Shown here: positions 51,829-64,000 of the stretch, one piece after another
How positions within the stretch are numbered: the stretch's first letter is position 1
Layout of the letters: every line of letters begins with the position of its first letter
Assembly (NCBI GenBank): GCA_028023455.1
Contig: JAQFVV010000005.1
Coordinates: 4,154,001-4,218,000 of the forward strand
DNA: 64,000 nucleotides
Direction: 5' to 3'
Origin: Epiperipatus broadwayi
Lineage: Eukaryota > Animalia > Onychophora
Notes under the pieces: generated by a model
What the model saw: only the letters and a program-made list of their open reading frames with translations
Told to the model about the DNA's origin: nothing
Databases searched by the model: none
Position numbers and translations under genes: made by a program

Positions 51829-52419
51829 CTGAAGAATTAGTTATACATATGCTGTTTTATTTATATGCAGAGAAGCACAAATAAATGTCTATATATGAAG
51901 CACAGCTTGTGATTAGAGTAGTGATATATAGAGAGAATGATATTTTAAAATTGTTTATTGAAAAAAGACATTTAAAATCTATATTTGAAAAAAAAAATAA
52001 AGCAAGTAAATAATTTTTGCTTGAGTGATGAATTAATTTATAGACAATTTTATATTTATTTTAAAAGAAAAAGTAAATTCCAAAAAGGAAATTTGCTAAA
52101 ATATTTTTAAAGACATTTATAATTAATTAATTAATAGTAACAAGGGAAGAAAACTTTTAGGAACTATCAAAGGGTATTTTTTTTAAAAAAAGAAAAATTT
52201 GTATCATTAAAGATATTAAATAAAATTTATATATTTTTTAACATTGAAATAATTGTGAAGAATATATTTTTAATTTTATCATTTTTAAAAATTAAAATAA
52301 ATGATATATAAATGTCTGTGTATATGCACACACATAAACGTTAAATCTGTTATTAATTATATATCATAAGAAAAAAATTAATTTCACTTATAGTTTATGA
52401 TATGTGTTTATATAAACTT

Positions 52420-52640
52420 TATATGAGGTATTCGTATCATCAAAATGTGATAACTTAAAAATTTTATTATTATTTTATGACAATTCAAATATGTTAATAA
52501 ATTATTATACCACACATTTGTGTAATGATATATATATATATGTGTGTGTGTGTTTTATGTAAGCTTACTAAGAGGTATTCGTATCATTAATATGTGATAA
52601 GTTAAAATTTTTATTTTATAGCAATTCAGATATGTTCATA
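52420..52640. repeat. Diverged tandem repeat, period about 147 bp
   Basis: GAGGTATTCGTATCAT...ATGTGATAA occurs twice, with a degenerate third copy near 52800. Confidence 0.75.
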
Positions 52641-53821
52641 AATTATACTGCATATCTGTGTGCATATATCAATGCATGTCATATAGACATATATATTTAA
52701 TCCATTGCTTATTATTAAATGACCATTCAAATAGGTTCATTTTATCTTATACCACACATCTGGGTGCTGACATATATAGGTGTTTTATTTAAACATATTG
52801 GAACATATATGTAGATCACAATGTGATAATTTAAATTTTGTATTTATGCTAATGAAAATCAGAAGACTTAATTCATATGTGTATAGCTGTATTCTGCAGA
52901 TATTAATGTCATTTTTATTGTTATGAATAAACTTATATTTCATTGTTAAAATTATTTCAGTGAATTTAATTCTAAATAGTTTTAGAATATTATAGGTTGC
53001 ATCATATCTTGGTCACTGTAAAAGTTATAGGGCCTGTATTCACTGAGCTACATTGTGCATAACACTCTATTATAAAAGGTGGATGTATATTAGTGTTTGT
53101 GGCCATTCAGTTGATTATGGCCATCCTGTGCAAAGAGGATATAAGTCTATGCACTACATTTTATTTAGTTTAGTATTTATCAAGATTCAAGTTTATAGGT
53201 GGCCAGTACATTAATGGTACTAAGTGACCAGATCATTGATGATGGTCAGTATGTTTTAATATCCCAGAATTATTGATTTTATTATATATATTTTGATGGA
53301 TTAGTACTTAAGTTTGTGCATCCAAGCTGGAAAAGGCTAAATAGATAGCCTGGTTTACAGTAGACACATTTCAAATCCAATCACAAGATTTACTGTTGAT
53401 TTATTTTGATTGTTGATCATTCAGATAATAAATTAGTACTACTTATACTTATTTTTAATTCTGGTGAACTTATAGTTAATTATGCTTATACTTAAGATAG
53501 TTAGTTGTGCTGATCTCTTAGAGTGATCTCTCAAGATCTCTTATGCTCCTAGTTTATATTTTATATAGTGTGTTAAATTTTATATGTTGACTTCCAGTGG
53601 AAGACCAGTCCCCATACCTAAGTTCAACCCCTCCATGAATTCGTACCATTACAATATGTATAATGTAGGATATTTATCTGTATTTTACATCACACAGCAT
53701 TTATCAGATGTAAGTCAGGTCTGCAAGAGGGTAATATGATTTACTTACATGATTCTATATGGCAGGCAAAACTCTCTATACATATTACCAAATATCTAAA
53801 TAATAAAGATATACCAGATGC

Positions 53822-54063
53822 TAAACCACTAAACATCACATGATCACCGTCTCTTATGCTAGCACATAACTGTTATTAAACAGGCAAAACTCTCCATACA
53901 GTAGTGCCACCCTATGACAACCAGAGTAAGCAATGGATGCCAGAAGGCTTGTGCATAAAATCCCCATCTAGTGCCTACTCATCCAATATCCCAGATTAGT
54001 TTCTGGCTTGTGTCCTTTGTCAGTGAGGAGCCTTGTATCTAAGAGCACTGCACCTAGATCTTA
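53822..54063 (-). mobile_element. Family A single arm with degenerate hammerhead (53982-54037)
   Basis: Homologous to 24335-24560; core CTGACAA and GAAACTAATC mutated. Confidence 0.88.
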
Positions 54064-55001
54064 GCATCTACTACAATGAATTAATTTGTTTCACAAAGAC
54101 ATTCTTTTCATTATTAATTCATTGCCACATACAATGAAGTACATATACTTAGGGACAATATGGTTACAGCTTTGAACAAGGTTACCATTCAAAGCAACCA
54201 TTTAAGAAGAAAGGTATAATATAAAACTAAAAATATAAATGTAAAATTAATTCCTGGATGTAATGTACAGTTTGATTTTAGTAAAAATTAAACTTAAATT
54301 TTTGAAGTAAAAAAATTATAAACAAAATTATTCTCAAACCATTTCTTGGCCTTTCCGCAAATTATTGTTCATTAATACCATTATGTGCTGTTTGTTTTTG
54401 ACTAATCCATATTATCAAAAGGGGTTTTCATTTTTTCAGTGACATGATAATCTGCTCAATTTGAACATTTTTTCACAGTTTGTGCAATGTTTAACCATTT
54501 ATTTTATAAAAAGGTGCAGATGTTGTGTTTTACATCAAATTTAGAACTTAAATCACTAATTCTTTTATCACTTTATCTTTTTTAAAAAATGATCTTTATC
54601 TTAACCTCAATACTAATTAGTTTTGTGAATCTATATTTCTGACTAATGAATAAAACTATTTTTTATTAAATGTATAAATAAAATTAAAACTAATAAAGTT
54701 AAACAAATTGCAGAATAAAGACTAAACTCTAATACACCTTACATGACAAAAATGAGTCATATTTTACTTAATACTAAAATATTCTAAAAATATTAGCACC
54801 TGTCATTTCTATATTTTTAAATATTTGTAATATTTTTTATTTCTTCCAATAATATTTGGTCATTCCTTAATTAAGATTTAAGTCATTTTTATCTTATTTT
54901 CAGTTTTAAATTATTTCTTTTTTAACATTAATGTGAATATGTTATTAAATTCTGCTTTTGTAAATAATCAAGAAGTTACCTGAAGCCTTTGTCTATGATT
55001 G

Positions 55002-55055
55002 TCCCCATTCACAGACCAGTTTCAAGCTATGGCTCTTTTCAGTGCAGAGCTAGGA
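55002..55055 (-). ncRNA. Hammerhead related to families A/B, degenerate
   Basis: CTCTGCA CTGAAAA GAGC CATA GCTT GAAA CTGG TC TGTGAATGGGG. Confidence 0.55.
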
Positions 55056-56546
55056 CATTAGATTCAAGTGTCAAGCTGTAATTCTAAAGAAAAGGTAATC
55101 AAACCTACATGCATGTGCCATTCAATTAGCAATGTTAAATATTAGTAAAAACTCTCAATCCAAGTCATAAGATAAAAACTTAATTTTTACAAATGTTAAT
55201 AGCATATAAAAATGAAATGCAAGTAAAGTGAATAATTTAATATATTCACACTCTTTTTAAGATGCTTAAGATTTGTCTATACAATTGCAACAAAGATAAG
55301 ATGACCATTATTTTTATCTTTTTAAATTCTTTATCTTATAACTTGGAACAAGACTATTTATATTTAACATCACTAATTAAATATTATAGTATGGTGCATA
55401 TGGAAAAGTTTGATTACCTTCTCTTTAGAAAGTCTCCTTTTATGATTTATGGTTAAAATTATTGCAATATATGTATCTAATAGAATCATAACTTAAAAAC
55501 AATAGTTGATGATCTTATATATGTAATATCCAATTAAATAACCAGTATATAATATACTGTAATGAAGTCTATTAAACAAATAAAAAGAATAGACTGACAG
55601 ACTTTACATAATTGTAAAATGACATCTTAAGCTGAAAATGAAGTGACTTTTTTAAACTTGAATTAATGAAATTGCTACTTTATATTTTCTTAAGCAACAT
55701 TGGAGCCAATGTGTTACTTAAATAACTTTATGGCTCTGCACTAAATGTTAAGGATTATTGGAAAATATGTAGTTTGATCATAATTAAAATATTTGCAGGA
55801 CATAGAAATCCATAAATAGAGAATGAAACTAATAAAATATAAAATGACACTCATATTTTTAAGACTTTTTTTTTATCTGAAGATCCATTAAATAAAATTT
55901 ATTTGCAGTATTTAACATTAATTGTCACTTATTTACTGCTAAGTTTATATATGTATCAATATTGTTTTACCACACCATACAAAAACTAAGTAAATAAAGA
56001 GCTCATAACCCATATCATTGCGCAAAGAAGGCTAAAAACTACCTTACTATTATAGATTATTTTATTGTGAAGTCTAAAACTCATTAAGTGACTCTAGAGA
56101 CATAATATTAGTTCCTGATATCTTTATATATACATGAAGATGTATAATATATTATTCCTATTACAAATGTATAGCTTTATTCAACAATAACGATATTTTT
56201 ATACTCTTAAATAGAATTTTGCATTGTTGATTTAAAAATTATATACTTCTATATTGACATGTGACTGAACAAATGTTTACCTTCAGTATCACCTGATTGT
56301 TCATAATTGCAGAGTAAATGTTTTTAACAAGCTAATGATTTTCTTTTTGCATATAATTTAATAATTGGGATTTATCTCATTTTAACAATAAATAAATAAA
56401 TAATATGGATTTATGTGTCTTATAAAGAATTATATAACTCTACAAATTTTCATGGGAGGAATGAATTAGTAAATGTAATATACTAATATTAATAATTAGA
56501 GAGAATTTGAACCCTGCCTCTGAAGCTCATTCGATTGTATACAATC

Positions 56547-56754
56547 CATATACACATGACCACATACATGTGAAAAATATAAGTGATTATCAAATATACA
56601 TATTTTATGCTAAATCAGCAGTCATCAATTGGTGGTCTGGATCATCATCTCCCATATATATATATAATCAGACCAACTGATGAAATGCTGGTTCAGCACT
56701 AAATACATATTTTGGAGATCATTTATCTTTTTTACATGTGATCATATGTATTGG
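56547..56754. mobile_element. Family F fold-back with two degenerate hammerheads
   Basis: Homologous to 13445-13550; plus copy ACCAA CTGATGA AATGCTG GTT CAGCAC TAAA TACATA TT TTGG at 56672-56715. Confidence 0.8.
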
Positions 56755-56982
56755 TTGTAACTGAAGGGATCTTGAAATTCTGGGTTAAAATCCCTTAGAT
56801 CTATCTTAATTATATATATATACTATACTTGTATTTAAATATTAATATTAATAATGTAATTGCAATCTTTCTGAACTTTTCTCTGAAAAATGCAAATCAA
56901 TGTAAACAATACATACAACATGTATACTAAGAAAATCTTGTTTAATACTTTAAAATAAAAATGTTAAATATATCATCATAGT

Positions 56983-57452
56983 ATGCTGAGCATGATTTCT
57001 ACTCACTTGTAGTCCTACCCATAGCTATAGTTATCCAAGAGGATTGCAAGATTTATAGAAGAATCACAAAAGTGGTGATTTATATAAAATTTGATTATAA
57101 GATGTAAATTAATTTATTTAAATGATCCACTATTTTGATAAGGGACTCTAGGATTCTTTCTTATTGATTGCATGTATATTCATGGCAATGTTCCAGGCCT
57201 CTTTAACTTTGCATTTAATATAGTCTCTTTCAGAGCAGAGGCCTGACCCATTGCCAACAATATACATGGAATCAACAAGAAAAATCCTGTGTCCCCCTAT
57301 CAAAAAAGTCGATCATTTAAATAAATTCATTTAATCTTATAATCAAATTTTATGCAAATCATCACTTTTGTGATATTTCTACAAATCTCACAATCTTCTT
57401 GAATAACTATAGCTATGAGTATGATTACCAGTTCATTGGAAACATGCTCAGA
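56983..57452. repeat. Long diverged palindrome, about 205-bp arms
   Basis: CATAGCTATAGTTAT...CATGGCAATG versus ATTGCCAA...ATAACTATAGCTATG; inner AGGCCTCT/AGAGGCCT hairpin. Confidence 0.88.
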
Positions 57453-58421
57453 GTATTATATTGATTAATTAACATTTTTATTTTAATGTACTATACAAGC
57501 TTTTCTTAGTATACATATCAAATGCATTACTTATATTGAATAATATTAATAATAAAAACTACTTCTATTATGCAGTTTAAACAATGCAATTTTTTATATA
57601 TCATTTTGAAAAAAAAAGCTGTCAATTTTGACTGTTTAACAGTTTTTCTCAGAGATGTAATATACACTATGTATTCATAAATATTCTAATCATAATAACA
57701 TACACAAAAAAAATGTTTATACATCCTTATACCACATATAATTTTTAATTTAATGCAATATAATTTTATTATATATTTATATCACATTGAAAGTGAGTAA
57801 ACATTTAATTATAGCTGTAATTAATTTTTAAATAATCAACTTTAAAAAAAAATTAATATTTTTGTTAATATTTATTAATATGAGGATTTAAATTTGATCT
57901 TTTTTTATCAACTTTATTTATTCATCTTGCCTTTAACATTAAATGCTTTATTGCCATGTTATATATTTCTTTAATTTTTATTATGAGATATTTATTGCCT
58001 ATTTTATGTACTATTGAGTATTTTATTCATTCATTTATTTTTAAATTATATTTTGCATTTATAAATAGATCACCCATATACGGGAATATCACTATAAGTG
58101 CATTTTATCATTCTTTATCTTTCATAAAAAAAAATTTTTAAAGACGTAAACAGTAAACAAATAATAAATAGGTGGACTTTTATTTTAATGAAGTAATGCG
58201 TTATAGAGGATGTAAAATTCCTCAAGATACTTTCGAACAAATACACTTGAATTGAATGTACAAATAAATAATAAAAGTATACAATATATCTTTTAATTTG
58301 CAGAAAAGTACATTTGTAACTACCTGTTTCTTTTGTAAAAAATTCTTCACTGCATTTTGATAAAGCAAGAATATAAAGATACAAAAATAATTATTTAATT
58401 AAGCAGAACTATAAGTAAACA

Positions 58422-59967
58422 TAACTTTGCTAAAAAAAATTGTTTCTTCACCTGCTTTGTTTAATATATCAATTATAATTCCATCATTTCCTGGAGCCTT
58501 TCCTGTCTTCATACATTTAATTGTATGTCTCACTTCTTCATTTAACATTCTAGGCAATTCGGAAGATGTAATAAATATAGGAGGTATTTGTTCTTTATTA
58601 CCGTATAATTTTTGATGTCTAAATAATAAAGATGTACCAGATGATTGGAAGAATGCAGTATTAATATTAATATTTTAAAAAGTGATAAAGAAGATATTAG
58701 AAATTACAGACCCATCGGCCTTTTATTAGTTTTATACAAAATTTTTACCAAGATAATTACAACTCATCTACAGAGAACATTGGATTTCCACCAACCAAGA
58801 GAACAAGCTGGATTTAAAAGTGGTTTTAGTACAGTAGATCATATTCAGGTATTGAAAGAAGTTATAGAAAGGACAGATGAATATGAGTTGTCATTATGTT
58901 TTGGATTTGTAGATTATGAAAAGGCATTTGATTCTATAAGCATTTCTTCAGTGATTAAAGCATTGGATCATCAAGGTGTAGATCCAGGATATTGTCATAT
59001 TTTAAAGAATAAAATGCAACAGCAACAATTTGATTACATAATGATACTGGGAAAGTCAGCATTGAGAACAGTGTAAGACAGGGTGACTCCATATCTCCAA
59101 AACATTTTACAGCAGTGCTGCAAGAAGTATTTTGTGGATTAAAATGGAAATCTAAATGAGTGAAAGGAAATGGAGATTATTTAAGTCATTTAGATTTTGC
59201 AAATGATGTAGTTGTGTTTGCAAATAATGCTTTAAAGCTGCAGGAAATGTTACAGGAGTTATCAGATAAATAGGACTAAAGATAAATGTTAACAAGACTA
59301 AAGTAATGTTTAATGGATTTTCTCAAAATATGAAAATAAAAGATTGATTATGATGAATTAGAAGAAATTGACAGTTACAAATACCTTGGTCAGATTATTA
59401 ATACAGATGGAAACATAATGGATGAAATTAATCATAGAATTAAACTTGGTTAGAGTGCTTTTGGAAGAAATAACTTGATACCAAAAGAAAATATGCCTAT
59501 GTGTTTGAAAAGGAAGGTTTTTAATAAATGTGTTTTGCTAGTTTTTACTTATGGATCTGAGATTTGAACACTTAATAGAAGAGCAATACAGAGACTTCAG
59601 ATCATCCAAAGAAATATGGGGAGATGCATGTTGGGAGTAACAAGAAAAGTTCGAAAATTCAACATATGAGTAAGAGAACAAACAGGTGATATTGACCTCA
59701 TTGAAAAATTAAAAGACTGAAGTGGAGTTGGGCTGGACATATTGCTAGAAGAGATGATAATAGATCGACAATTGACATCTTAAACTGAATTCCAAGAGAT
59801 TGTAAAAGACCCAGAAAGAGACCACATGTGGGATGGATGGATGAAATAAGAAAGTGTGCAGGGGTGATGTGGAAAAGAGAAGCTAAAGATTGGAGAAGAT
59901 GGATTGAACTTGGAAAGACCTTCATCCTGCAGTGTATTGATAATAGTTGATGATGGTGATGATGATG
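58422..59967 (+). mobile_element. RTE-clade LINE, 5'-truncated with 5' inversion
   Basis: RT motifs NYRPIGLL, QPREQAGF, FVDYEKAFDS, RQGDSISP; (GAT)n tail; minus-strand segment 58422-58618 encodes EEV...KTGKAPGNDG; TSD ATAAGTAAACA at 58411-58421 and 59968-59978. Confidence 0.92.
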
Positions 59968-60770
59968 ATAAGTAAACAATACATTATTATAATTATATGG
60001 AAATATATGTAAATAATATATTTTAATCAAGCAAAATAGTGCATAAACACTATATTAATTTTCTTTGGGATAATATATTGATTTTCAATTTTATTAAAGC
60101 CATTATATATTCACGTTTATTTAGAATTTTATATTAAAATTATAGCTTGGTATCAGAGTGCTTGAATATAGATAAAGAACTTGCTAATTTAAGTGAGAAT
60201 ACTCCCTAGAAAACTTTTGTGAAAATTCTCTTAGTGCAATTGTACAATATTTGTGTTTTATGCCTCTGACCAATTCATCTAACCATATCGTTTGATTGGA
60301 AATTCGGTATCTAACTATTCTTAATTAAAAAATTAAACTAAGTTAGAAAAGTATTTAAATCTTCAAATCTCAATTGTTATGCTCAGGGAATACTGCTTTC
60401 TTTTTCACTATTCTTCTATAAAGACTATTAAAGAGAATTTTTATTTGTTGTGGATTTAAAGGTTGCGATACCCTTTTTTCTGCATAGAAGTCCATTTATA
60501 ACATTCATTTTAGTCTAAAATTATTACAATCTATTCCTAGTTTTATTTTCCCAATTTAAAGACATGAGTAATATTGAAATCAAAAACAGAAACAATAGAT
60601 ATGCTCCTAGAAAATTAATTTAATGGAATAATTAAAGATTGGTGCTAACTAAAACAAATGACTTTTCATTTTATTAATTCTGTATTCTATAATCAGAAGA
60701 ACTCTTCTTTAAGTAACTTTTAAAACATCTCACAGATTGTTTGGATATTGGTCAATATTTCATTTTTTAT

Positions 60771-60877
60771 GGTACTAGTTGGTTAGGTGTACTGTGGCCA
60801 CTTGAAGGTATATTGGGGGTTCTTGATAGTACTGCAGCATTGCCTAATGGCCACAATACACCTAACCAACTAGTACC
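60771..60877. repeat. Inverted repeat, 30-bp arms
   Basis: GGTACTAGTTGGTTAGGTGTACTGTGGCCA / TGGCCACAATACACCTAACCAACTAGTACC. Confidence 0.88.
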
Positions 60878-60957
60878 CTTTTCATTTTAATATTGCATAG
60901 CAAAAGCTAGTAGTTTTAAGATAATCAGTCAATTAAACTAAAAGCTTTTTAAAAAGT

Positions 60958-61110
60958 ACCAAACTCTCCATACCATAGTGCCATGAAGTGCAAGCCTTGG
61001 TAATCAATGGATGGTTTATGCAAAAAATTGTTATCTGGTACCTACTTATCCAATATCCCCAGTCTAGTTTTTAGCTTGTGGTTCATCAGTGAGGAGCCTT
61101 GGATTTGAGA
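60958..61110 (-). mobile_element. Family A arm with degenerate hammerhead (61049-61103)
   Basis: CTGATGA ACCACAAGCTA AAAACTAGAC TGGGGATATTGGA. Confidence 0.8.
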
Positions 61111-61334
61111 GTATATATTTTAATAAAAATATATTTTCTTCTTTTAAAAACTTTTACTGAAACAGTTGAATAAATGTATTTGTTTCTTCTTCATCTTCTT
61201 CCTCCCCCTCCTCTTATTATTATTATTAGTAGTAGTAGTAGCAGTAGCAGTAGCAATAGTATTGTGCAAAACTTTGCTCATTTAAAAAAAGTTGTTAGAT
61301 GATAAGCTATACTTTACTAGTATCATTATCTCAT

Positions 61335-61548
61335 TAAAACATCATATGATCACTTTCTCTTATGCTTACACAAAATTGAGGGCACTGTTGTCATATCCAA
61401 GACTTTAAATAATGATACCCATAAAGTAGAAACTAGGCTGGTGATATTGAATTAGAAACCCTTATATAGGGATTAAAATGCACCTCTAGCATCTATTGAT
61501 TACTAAATCTTGCACTAGGTGGCATTATTGTGTGGAGAAATTTGCTAC
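61335..61548. mobile_element. Old family A fold-back fragment
   Basis: CATCATATGATCAC... arm, then the inverted arm GAAACTAGGCTGGTGATATTG...TGGAGAAATTTGC. Confidence 0.6.
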
Positions 61549-61905
61549 AAGAGAATATACATGTAAATGGAAAAATATGGGGGATTTATTTTGTAAATTA
61601 TGTAAGGAAGGAATAGAAAATATTAGGCATTTGTTAATTGAATGTATATGCTTGAAAACAGAAAGGGTACATATAATGAAGTTATGGAAGAATATGAAAA
61701 AAGTGATTATACAGAAAGTGAATTATTGGTTTTTATGCTGGGTTTGTGAAAAGATAAAGGGGATTTAGATATAAAGGTTATAGAGTTGACAAAGATTATG
61801 TTGTGGAAATGGGATGGAACAGAATATGGGAAAGTTTAGAGTAGGGAATGGAAAATAAAGTGGCTAACAGGTTTATCTGTGCATAATTGCTGAGATATTC
61901 TCGAC
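61545..61905 (+). mobile_element. LINE 3' fragment with CCHC zinc finger
   Basis: CKLCKEGIENIRHLLIEC; same family as 14033-14465. Confidence 0.78.
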
Positions 61906-62480
61906 TTCGTTTAAGGAGAAGCCACAATACATCACTTCACATCACATCTATTGTCATTATTATCCTTAATATTTTTTAATATATAAACTAACAATAATGA
62001 AATTTAAATTTTTCATTATTATTTTATTCTTCACACTATATTACATTTAATAAAAAAATATTTTAGTCTACAGCTTCTAATCAATTTCCAAGTTTTTACC
62101 TGAAATTTGTGTAACTTTCTTTTGATATACCTTTTTCTATATCTAGATTCTTTATTACAATAGTATTATTTTGTTTTGCAACCATAATTTTAGAAATTGC
62201 AATATCTTTTTTAATTAAGGTTTGAGCCAAGCTACTTCTCTTTATCTCTCATAGTGTTGGTTTTGCAATTTAAGTTTTATTGTTGAATAATAAATTAATT
62301 TATTACATATTTATGTAATTGGTACTATAGCTGGAGTGGCTATTTAGAATAATATATTTGCAATAAAATAAAATATACCTACCAATATGTTGTTTCATAA
62401 TTTGATCTGAGAATTTTAATCCTTAGAAATATTCATTCAAGAGATTTTGTAGTATTTTGGTACTGAAAGCCAAATTAACT

Positions 62481-62533
62481 ATCAACTCGAGGTCTTTTAG
62501 GTCTCAAATTCGTCGTGCTACCACTAGACCACA
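62481..62533 (-). mobile_element. tRNA-like head (SINE remnant or tRNA pseudogene)
   Basis: GTGGTCTAGTGGTAGCACG...CCTCGAGTTGA (A-box and partial B-box). Confidence 0.4.
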
Positions 62534-62689
62534 TACAATAGGATTTAAGAATTTTTTCGAGTGATTATTTTTTGTTTTTCTTTTACAATGTTAAAATTAA
62601 TTTTAAATACTTCATTATCAATATTAATTGTTAAACTTTCAGCAAACAATCTTAAATTATTCATTACTTGTTCAACATTATAATGTGTC

Positions 62690-62750
62690 ATCACATGATC
62701 ACAATTTCTTATAATTGCACCGAGTGGCACTACTGTATGGATAGTTTTTG
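62690..62750. mobile_element. Tiny family A fold-back fragment
   Basis: CATCACATGATCAC... joined to inverted GAGTGGCACTACTGTATGGATAGTTTT. Confidence 0.6.
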
Positions 62751-63217
62751 TACTTTTAATGTGTCCGTTCTATTTTTTTTTCCAAGTTGATTATTTTTTG
62801 CATTTTCTTTACAATAATAATGTTAATTTTAAATGCTTCATTATAAAAATTAATTGTTAATCCTTTTATAAAAAAAAAAGTCCTAAATTATTCATTTTTT
62901 GTTTAACACTTTTGATGTGACATTCTAATTTTTTGCTTCTGAGATATGCATCATTAAAAATGCAAATAACATAATTATACAAGAAAATAATTAATTAAAA
63001 CAATTTTTTTTTTCAAAATTTCACTATAATTGTCATAATAATTTGGGGTCAGTTTTTTTAACATAGAGGTCATATACTAAAGTTTAAAAAAAAATCTACG
63101 TACAATTTTCTTTATGAAAAAGTTTTTAATACATTTGGATTAACAATAATACAAAAGCAAGAAAACTGTTATGTTGATTAAGTTAAATTACATATAAATA
63201 ATTTATTGCTTTCTGTA

Positions 63218-63513
63218 CATCACATGATCACCATCTCTTATGCTTGCTCATAACTGTTATTAAAACAGACAAAACTTTCCATATGGTAGTGCCACTCAGT
63301 GCAAGCCAGAGTAATCAATGGATGCCAGAAGGCTTGTGCATAAAATTCCTATCTAATGCCAATGGATGCCAGAAGGCTTGTGCATAAAATCCCTATCTAA
63401 CACCAATGGATGCCAGAAGGCTTGTGCATAAAATCCTTATCTAATGCCTACTCTGCACAAGACTTCTGGAATCCATTGATTACTCTGGTTTGCACTGAGT
63501 GGCATTTTGCCTA
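63218..63513. mobile_element. Family A fold-back insertion lacking the HHR, with a 44-bp triplication
   Basis: Starts CATCACATGATC; 9-bp TSD CTTTCTGTA at 63209-63217 and 63514-63522; 44-bp unit at 63317, 63361 and 63405. Confidence 0.9.
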
Positions 63514-64000
63514 CTTTCTGTATAATCAGATTGCAGTACTCAGACAACTGATGCACATTTTTTGAAACTTATTTTATCTAATAATAAAAGTCAGTTGCCT
63601 TTTTATTCAATACTATTCAATGGATGACTGGATTGCATATAGTTTGGGTGACTTATGATTCCTAAATTGATTTGGAAAACCTCTTGCTATGTAGAAAAAA
63701 ATTAATTGATATTATGCCATGTTCAAATATCAGCTTTTGACAGTCAAAAAAACTAATTTATCTTATGAACATTATCTATAATATCAGAGTTATTACTTGG
63801 AAGCAAACAATTACTATATAGGTATATTGTTTTACATGATTGGTGCAGTATTAGAGTGACAGATTTTGAAATCCAAGATGTATGGATAGTAACTCTACCT
63901 TTGTCACTTCTAATGCACACAAGTGCTAAACCATTTAATTATTTTAAGATATGTGAATACTAAAAAATTTCAGGTATAATACTTTGGATTTTCATTAGCA

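Noticed and set aside
57190-57250. CTGAAAGA...AAAG hammerhead-like centre of the 57-kb palindrome
   Set aside because: Core and stems are too degenerate.
60148-60158. TGGTATCAGAG primer-binding-site-like motif
   Set aside because: Matches the plant-type iMet PBS, with no adjacent LTR or gag; likely chance.

Overview
Very AT-rich, CpG-depleted eukaryotic DNA, most consistent with an invertebrate animal; the species cannot be determined from the sequence. No intact protein-coding gene is recognisable, only a few low-confidence candidate exons and three CpG-rich patches that may be promoters. The window is dominated by transposons: one full-length degenerate Gypsy/Mag-like LTR element (4908-10976, both LTRs, PPT, 5-bp TSD), five Penelope-like (PLE) RT/GIY-YIG remnants, RTE and other LINE fragments, a GTF2IRD2-like hAT fossil, a Charlie-type hAT MITE and a tRNA-derived SINE family. 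The main finding is a dense set of non-coding repeats carrying type I hammerhead ribozyme (HHR) motifs, about 20 intact or degenerate copies in several families. Family A has a 453-nt monomer and about 10 HHR copies. It inserts as head-to-head fold-backs with 9-13 bp TSDs and two recurring outer termini. Family B has a 418-nt monomer, a non-canonical core and a 30-nt motif shared with family A. Other families include an intact minimal HHR and a tRNA-promoter/HHR chimera. Together these look like a retrozyme-like or non-autonomous Penelope system lying next to its decayed helper elements. Ribozyme activity, circular RNA production and novelty are inferences that need testing.
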